64,000 nucleotides of DNA from an uncultured Anaeromyxobacter sp. (GTDB taxonomy: Bacteria; Myxococcota; Myxococcia; Myxococcales; Anaeromyxobacteraceae). The DNA lies in assembly GCA_903874275.1 (NCBI GenBank), contig CAIQRS010000238.1, forward strand, positions 2,844-66,843, written 5' to 3'. Shown here piece by piece: positions 58,765 through 64,000 of this stretch. The position numbers were made by a program, and so were the translations under genes. Position 1 is the stretch's first letter. Each line of letters starts with the position of its first letter. The notes beneath the pieces are model-generated. The model was not told the DNA's origin. It ran no database searches and worked only from the letters and a program-made list of their open reading frames with translations.

Positions 58765-59565
58765 TCATGGGAAGACCGGCGAACCCGTGCCGGTGGCGAT
58801 GGTGTAGGTGATCACCAGCGTGGCGTTGATGCGATCGAGGAAGCCCAGGTGGTCGGGGTCCGAGACCGGGAAGTAGGCGTACCCCTGCACCACGAGGTGC
58901 GGGAACGGGCGCCAGCTGAGCATCGGGCCGACCCGCACGAGCTCCTCCCCGCCCCGCCCGTCGAGGAAGGCCCACTCGGCACCGGCGCCCACGTTCAGGG
59001 CCCCGTCGCGCAGCCTGGCCACCCACCCGAGGCGCGCCACACCGCACCAGGGCGGCACGCAGACCACCTTGAGCCACTCCTCGTAGATCGCCATGGGAGG
59101 AGCGTCGAGGAAGCGGACGAAGTTGGCCTCCCAGAGGAGGAGCCCGCCCGGGGTGGGAACGGCCCCCGACGCGAAGAGGTCTCCCGTACGGTAGGTGAAG
59201 CCACCGGAGTCGGTGACGTCCTCGAGCCCGATGGCAGGGGGCATCGGGACGTGCTGCCAGGTGCGGGTCGCCCGGAGCCCGGCCCACAGGTCGCCCACCA
59301 GCAGGGCGACGCGCAGGTTCGCGGCGACCATGCCGAAGTCGATCCCGAGCGCGGCACGGGCCTCGACCCCCGCCCACATCCAGTGCGGCTTCCCGTAGCC
59401 GGCGGCGATCCCCACGTGCGCGAAGGTCCCGAGGTCGGCCCGGCCGGCCAAGAAGAGGCGGGCCTCGCCGCCCTCCCAGGGGTCGCTGGCCTCGTCGGCG
59501 CGGAGCGCGGACGGGGTCACCGCGACCAGCGCGGAGACCGCGACGAGCAGCAGATGCGTGTTCAC
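58765..59565 (-). CDS. secreted, outer-membrane beta-barrel-like hypothetical protein
   Basis: GTG start with AGGGGGG upstream. Signal THLLLVAVSALVAVTPSALRA. Alternating hydrophobic pattern with aromatic-rich strands. Confidence 0.6.
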   Translation of the reverse strand: MNTHLLLVAVSALVAVTPSALRADEASDPWEGGEARLFLAGRADLGTFAHVGIAAGYGKPHWMWAGVEARAALGIDFGMVAANLRVALLVGDLWAGLRATRTWQHVPMPPAIGLEDVTDSGGFTYRTGDLFASGAVPTPGGLLLWEANFVRFLDAPPMAIYEEWLKVVCVPPWCGVARLGWVARLRDGALNVGAGAEWAFLDGRGGEELVRVGPMLSWRPFPHLVVQGYAYFPVSDPDHLGFLDRINATLVITYTIATGTGSPVFP

Positions 59566-59671
59566 AACCCCCCTGACCCGACGGTGAGGCGAATGTGACG
59601 CCGGCGCCAGCCACCTTCCCGGGGCAGACCCGCTTGGGGCCACCCCGTCACGTCTCCCGGGATGCAGAGTC

Positions 59672-60829
59672 GTGGAGGCAGGAGGACGGATGGGGAATCC
59701 CCTGAGGCCGGGCCGGTTCTTGCGCCGTGCGCTCCGCGGTGGCGTGGGGCGCGCGTGGCTGGCCGGGTCGGGCGTGGCCGCCGCCGCCCTTCTCGCGCTG
59801 GCCCTGCTGGCCGCCTACCGCGGGGCCACGTCCGGGGTAGCCGCGTACGTTGGACAGGTGGGGTTCGACCTCTGGGTGGCGCCGCGCCGGATCGACAACC
59901 TGGTGCGGTCGGCGGGACAGCTCCCGGCCGGCGCGGAGGAGGCCGTCCGGGCGATTGCCGGCGTCGCCGAGGTCGGGCCGATCCTGCGGAGCTTCGCCGC
60001 GGTCGAGGGCGGGCCCGCGGGGGATCGCCGGCGACTGACCCTGCTCGTCATCGGCTTCCGGGGGCCCTCCGGGCTCGGCGGCCCCCCCTCCCTCGTCGCC
60101 GGGCACGCCCCCGCGTCGCCCGACGAGATCGCGCTGGACCGGGGCGCGGCGCACCGGCTCGGGGTCGGGCCGGGCGCCACGGTCGAGGTCGCCGGCGACC
60201 GGGTCCGCGTGGTCGGGATCACCAGCGGGACGAACCTGCTCGCGACCCAGTTCGCCTTCGTCGATCTCCAGGCGGCCGACGACGCGCTGGGGGCGTTCGG
60301 ACGCCCGTCGTTCCTGGTCGTCCGCCTCGCCCCGGGTGCGGAGCCCGATCCGGTGAAGCGGGCCATCGAGGCGCAGGTCGAGCGATCGGCGGCCTTCTCC
60401 CGCGACGACTTCGTTCGCAACAACGTCCGCGAGATCGCGTCCGGAGTGCTCCCGGTCCTGGCCCTCGTCACCGTGCTCGGCCTCGCGGTCGCCGTCGCGC
60501 TCGTTGCCCTGCTCGCCCGGGGGCTGGCCGACGATCGCCGGAGGGACGCGGCAGTCCTGCTCGCCCTCGGCGCGTCGCCCCGGGCGGTGGGACTGGGCGT
60601 GCTCGCGCACGTGGAGAAGATCGTCCTCCTCGGCGCCACGGCGGGCGTGGCAGCCGCCCTTGCCGCGTCCTCCGCGCTCGAGCGCTTCGCACCCACGGTC
60701 GAGCTGGCCGTTCGCTGGAACGATCTCCTGGCCGCACCGGCCGCCTTCGCCGCCGCGGCGGCCCTCGCCGCGACGGGCGCGGTCCTGCGCCTGGGCCGCG
60801 TCGATCCCGTGGAGGCGTTCCGGCCATGA
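59672..60829 (+). CDS. FtsX/MacB-type ABC transporter permease
   Basis: N-terminal TM, large periplasmic domain, three C-terminal TM segments. The stop overlaps the next start (ATGA). Confidence 0.8.
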   Translation: MEAGGRMGNPLRPGRFLRRALRGGVGRAWLAGSGVAAAALLALALLAAYRGATSGVAAYVGQVGFDLWVAPRRIDNLVRSAGQLPAGAEEAVRAIAGVAEVGPILRSFAAVEGGPAGDRRRLTLLVIGFRGPSGLGGPPSLVAGHAPASPDEIALDRGAAHRLGVGPGATVEVAGDRVRVVGITSGTNLLATQFAFVDLQAADDALGAFGRPSFLVVRLAPGAEPDPVKRAIEAQVERSAAFSRDDFVRNNVREIASGVLPVLALVTVLGLAVAVALVALLARGLADDRRRDAAVLLALGASPRAVGLGVLAHVEKIVLLGATAGVAAALAASSALERFAPTVELAVRWNDLLAAPAAFAAAAALAATGAVLRLGRVDPVEAFRP

Positions 60830-61521
60830 CCGCGCTCGAGCTGGCAGGCGTCTCAAAGGTCCGCGGGTGCGGGCCGCTCGCGGTGTCCGCGCTCCGGGGA
60901 GTGTCGCTCCGGATCGATCCCGGAGAGCTCGTCCTCCTGGAGGGGCCGAGCGGATCGGGGAAGACCACCCTGCTCTCGGTGGCGGGCGGCCTCCTGCGAC
61001 CCGACGCCGGGGAGGTCCGCGTCGGAGGAGAGCTGCTCCCGCCGGGCGACGCGGAGGCAAGGCGCACGGTGCGTGCTCGCCGGATCGGCTTCGTCTTCCA
61101 GCGCTCCAACCTCCTCCCCGGGCTCGATGGGCTCGAGAACGTGCTGGTGCAGGCGGCGCTGGCGGGGCTCGACGAGCCCCTGGCGCGACGCCGCGCCGGG
61201 GAGCTGCTCGACGCGATGGGCGTCGGCCACCTCGCCGGGCGGCGCGTGGGCGGGCTCTCGGCGGGGGAGGAGCAGCGCTTCGCCGTCGCCCGGGCGCTCG
61301 TCCACTCCCCGTCGCTCGTCCTCGCCGACGAGCCCACCGCCAGCCTGGACTCGGCGGCGGGGAGGGCGGTGGTCGAGGCGCTGGTGGCGCTGGGGCGGGA
61401 CCGGGGCGCCGCGATCCTCGTCGCCACCCACGACGCTCGCCTCGCTCCGTTCGCCACGCGACGGCTGGCAATCGTGGACGGCGGCGTCGGTCCGGCCCGC
61501 GGCGCACCGGGGGAACCGTGA
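60826..61521 (+). CDS. ABC transporter ATP-binding protein
   Basis: Walker A GPSGSGKTT, signature LSAGEEQR, Walker B LVLADEPT. Confidence 0.9.
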   Translation: MTALELAGVSKVRGCGPLAVSALRGVSLRIDPGELVLLEGPSGSGKTTLLSVAGGLLRPDAGEVRVGGELLPPGDAEARRTVRARRIGFVFQRSNLLPGLDGLENVLVQAALAGLDEPLARRRAGELLDAMGVGHLAGRRVGGLSAGEEQRFAVARALVHSPSLVLADEPTASLDSAAGRAVVEALVALGRDRGAAILVATHDARLAPFATRRLAIVDGGVGPARGAPGEP

Positions 61522-62597
61522 GCCGCTTCTTCTCCACGCTCAACTACTCCTCGGTGAACGAGGACTGGCGCACCGAGGCGCGCGCCCTCGAGGTCGGGCC
61601 AGGCGATCGCGTCCTCGCCATCACCGGGGGTGGTCGCCCCCTCGACCTGCTCCTTCCCGGGCCGGATCGGGTGGTGGCGATCGACGCGGTTCCCGCACAG
61701 TCCGCCCTCCTCGAGCTGGAGGTGGCGGCCATGAGGGCGCTGCACTTCGACGCCTACGCCTCATTCCTGGGGCTCACCCCTTCGTCGCGGGCCGAACGCG
61801 GGCGGATCCTCGACCCGTTGCTCGCCGCTTTCGGACCCGAGGCGCGCGCCTTCTGGGACGCTCACCGTTCCCTCGTCGGGCGGGGCGTCCTGCGCGGCGG
61901 CCGCTGGGAGCGGTTCTTCCGGATGGGGTCGCTCCTGGGGCGGCTGGTCCGTCCGGGGAAGATCAGGCGGCTCTTCGCCTTCGAGGACCTCGACGCGCAG
62001 CGCGCCTTCGTGCGGGAGCGGTGGGACACCGCCGGCTGGCGATGGATCAACGACGTCTTCCTCTCCCGCCTCGTCCTCCGCCACGTGCTCGGCGACCCGG
62101 CTTTCCACGCCCACGCCGCGGTGGAGCCGGGGCGCTTCGTGCGCGAGCGCATGCAGGAAAGCCTCCTGTCGGTGCTGGCACGGGACAACTTCATGGTGAG
62201 CCTCACGCTGCGGGGGCGGCTCGCCGAGCGGGACCTCCCGCCCCGGCTCACCCGGCAAGGGACCGCCGCCATCCGGAAACGGCTGGACCGGCTGGAGATC
62301 GTCACCGGAGACGTGATCGCGCACCTCGAGGCCGCGGCTCCCGGGACCTACACGCGCTTCTCGCTCTCCGACGTGCCCTCGTACCTCTCCCAGGAGGATT
62401 TCGAGCGCCTGCTCGACGGCGTGGCTCGGGCCGGCGCGCCCGGGGGGCGCTTCTGCATCCGGCTCTTCCTGTCCCGGCCGCGCTTCCCGGAGCGCCTCGC
62501 CGGCGTCCTCGTCCGGGAACCGGACCTGGAACGTCGTCTCGCCCGGGAGGATCATGCCTTCGCCTACGACTTCATCGTCGGACGCATCGCAGGCTGA
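61518..62597 (+). CDS. DUF3419 / BtaA-like SAM-dependent transferase family protein
   Basis: The GTG overlaps the upstream stop. FSTLNYSSVNEDWRTEARALEVGPGDRVLAITGGG is the family N-terminal signature. C-terminal FAYDFIV. Confidence 0.8.
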   Translation: MSRFFSTLNYSSVNEDWRTEARALEVGPGDRVLAITGGGRPLDLLLPGPDRVVAIDAVPAQSALLELEVAAMRALHFDAYASFLGLTPSSRAERGRILDPLLAAFGPEARAFWDAHRSLVGRGVLRGGRWERFFRMGSLLGRLVRPGKIRRLFAFEDLDAQRAFVRERWDTAGWRWINDVFLSRLVLRHVLGDPAFHAHAAVEPGRFVRERMQESLLSVLARDNFMVSLTLRGRLAERDLPPRLTRQGTAAIRKRLDRLEIVTGDVIAHLEAAAPGTYTRFSLSDVPSYLSQEDFERLLDGVARAGAPGGRFCIRLFLSRPRFPERLAGVLVREPDLERRLAREDHAFAYDFIVGRIAG

Positions 62598-63627
62598 CGC
62601 GGCCGTTCTCGGCGACTACCAGCCCGCCGACAGCCCCGAGGCACTCGCCCTCGAGCGGGACTGCGCGCAGGGCAGGGGGCTCCGGCTCTCCTTCCGGCGT
62701 GAGACGTTCCACCGGCGAGCCGAGGGATTCCCGGTGCACCGGCTCTTCACGGCCCGTGCCGGCGGGCGGCTGGTGGGGGTCGTCGCGGCGGCGGTGAAGC
62801 CGGCCGTGCTCCGGGGACGGGCGACGCAGGTCGCCTTCGGGTTCGACCTGCGCGTCCATCCCGCCTGGCGTGGGCACGGGCTGGGACGGCGCCTCTTCGA
62901 GCGCGCCTGCGGGTGGGGCATGGAGCGCGGCGAGATGGCCTACACGTTCACCGTGGCCGGCAACGCGGCCGCGCGGGCCCTCGCCGTCTCCCTGGGCGTC
63001 GAGGCGGCCGGCTACTCCTACCTCGTGTATCCCGCGTACCGGCGGCTGCCGGTGGACCGGCCGGTGATCCCCGCGACCCCCGCCGAGATCCACGCCGAGA
63101 TGCTCCGGATCGAGGGCCCCTTCGACCTCTACTTCGACCTGCTCACGGAGAGTCGCATGGCCGGTCACGTGGGGTCCTGGCGCTGCGGCAGCGGACCGTC
63201 GCGGGCCGGATGCTCGGCCTGGTCGAACCGGGGCATCCTGGGGGAGGTCGTCGAGGCGCTTCCCCTGCCCGTCGCCCTGCTGGGGAGGGCGCTCCGGGCG
63301 GTCGGGACGGCAGGGGCGGGGCGCCTGCCGCTGCCCCGGATCCCGAGGGTCGGCGAGGAGCTCCGGAGCTGGTACCTCTTCGACTTCTTCTCGACCGACG
63401 CGGGGGCCGCTCGCGACCTCCTGCGCGCCGTGGCGTGCGAGGCCGTCGAGCGCGCGGTCGAGTGGCTGTACCTCCCGCTCGCGTCCACCGACGGGCGGCT
63501 GGGCGCCCTCCGAGCCGACGTTCCCCGGCCGTTCTCGACCATCGTGCCCTACCGGATGATCGTCCGCGCGCCCGGGGGCGCCGGGTCGCCCATCCACAGG
63601 CCTTACCTGGACGTTCGAGATCTCTGA
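62554..63627 (+). CDS. GNAT-family acyl/acetyltransferase with extended C-terminal domain
   Basis: GRLVGVVAAAV..FDLRVHPAWRGHGLGRRLFERACGWGMERG is the acyl-CoA-binding motif A. The start is uncertain (44-nt overlap with the upstream gene). Confidence 0.7.
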   Translation: MPSPTTSSSDASQADAAVLGDYQPADSPEALALERDCAQGRGLRLSFRRETFHRRAEGFPVHRLFTARAGGRLVGVVAAAVKPAVLRGRATQVAFGFDLRVHPAWRGHGLGRRLFERACGWGMERGEMAYTFTVAGNAAARALAVSLGVEAAGYSYLVYPAYRRLPVDRPVIPATPAEIHAEMLRIEGPFDLYFDLLTESRMAGHVGSWRCGSGPSRAGCSAWSNRGILGEVVEALPLPVALLGRALRAVGTAGAGRLPLPRIPRVGEELRSWYLFDFFSTDAGAARDLLRAVACEAVERAVEWLYLPLASTDGRLGALRADVPRPFSTIVPYRMIVRAPGGAGSPIHRPYLDVRDL

Positions 63628-63682
63628 GCGGGCCGGGTGCAGTCGCGCCCTGGCGTTCGTCCACGCGGCCTGCGGCGACGCC

Positions 63683-63979
63683 TCAGGGGGCCAGGAGCCC
63701 CGGCAGGAGCTCGGCGAATCGACGGCGTCGCTCGTCCGGGAGGGTCGCCGGGCAGCGCGTCACCGCGGCCTCGGCGATGGCCGGCCACTCCCGGTAGATC
63801 CAGCCGCTGCTGCTCCGGCCACCCTCGGCGTGGACGCGCTCCACGGCCGCGAAGAGCTCGATCCGGATGGCCTCGGCGATCTCCTCCTGCTCCCGCGGAG
63901 CGGCGCCAGCCCGGCGCGCCAGCTCGCCCGCGAGGCGCACCGACAGCAGCCGCGATTCCACGAACGAGAGCGTCATCAC
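63683..63979 (-). CDS. hypothetical protein (may extend beyond the ORF start)
   Basis: Helical, balanced sequence (..EEIAEAIRIELFAAVERVHAEGG..). Close to the window edge. Confidence 0.35.
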   Translation of the reverse strand: MMTLSFVESRLLSVRLAGELARRAGAAPREQEEIAEAIRIELFAAVERVHAEGGRSSSGWIYREWPAIAEAAVTRCPATLPDERRRRFAELLPGLLAP

Positions 63980-64000
63980 CTCGGCCGCCCCGAGCCAGGG

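Overview
This is a 64-kb window from a bacterial chromosome of roughly 70% GC. The gene content (PAS-rich hybrid histidine kinases, PilZ, many lipoprotein hydrolases) is reminiscent of Myxococcota such as Anaeromyxobacter, but that is inference only. The high GC produces very long antisense shadow ORFs, so I called genes from protein plausibility, third-position GC, start/stop coupling and recognisable motifs. I recognised no rRNA, no CRISPR array and no intact tRNA.

**3.5-19.4 kb: a decayed integration hot spot.**
- Four direct copies of a 23-nt sequence resembling a tRNA-Gly 3' end lie here, each followed by its own strong terminator.
- They partition small islands that carry a low-GC sigma-factor cassette, a split tyrosine integrase, and remnants of an IS3 element and an rve-type IS.
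- The islands also hold a duplicated half of a transporter gene and five toxin-antitoxin-type modules: an AbrB/MazE-like orphan, a wHTH+NTase pair, AbiEi with a frameshifted AbiEii, DUF4258 with an MqsA-like antitoxin, and HigBA.

**19.5-41.7 kb.**
- Three PAS histidine kinases are present. Two are paralogous hybrids, each followed by a remnant of the same IS. The third has an N-terminal XRE HTH.
- Other genes encode secreted glycosidase-like lipoproteins, an M28 peptidase, gene fragments (DUF1989, M23), an orphan gvpA with a small helical partner, and a C11 peptidase.

**41.8-64 kb.**
- The order is a HAD-like lipoprotein, then pgaBCD with no pgaA, then C45 and GDPD lipoproteins.
- Next come Rieske, BASS-like, amidohydrolase and dehydrogenase genes.
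- A PilZ gene sits next to one of two paralogous small membrane-protein genes that share a conserved leader.
- A divergent locus combines an OM-like protein, SDR, M28 and a membrane protein with a MacB-type ABC transporter, a BtaA-like DUF3419 protein and a GNAT.

**Most promising leads (none proven).**
- A roughly 190-nt conserved non-coding module ending in the tRNA-like core.
- The atypical TA pairings.
- The small membrane-protein paralogs with their shared leader.
- The DUF3419/GNAT/ABC locus.
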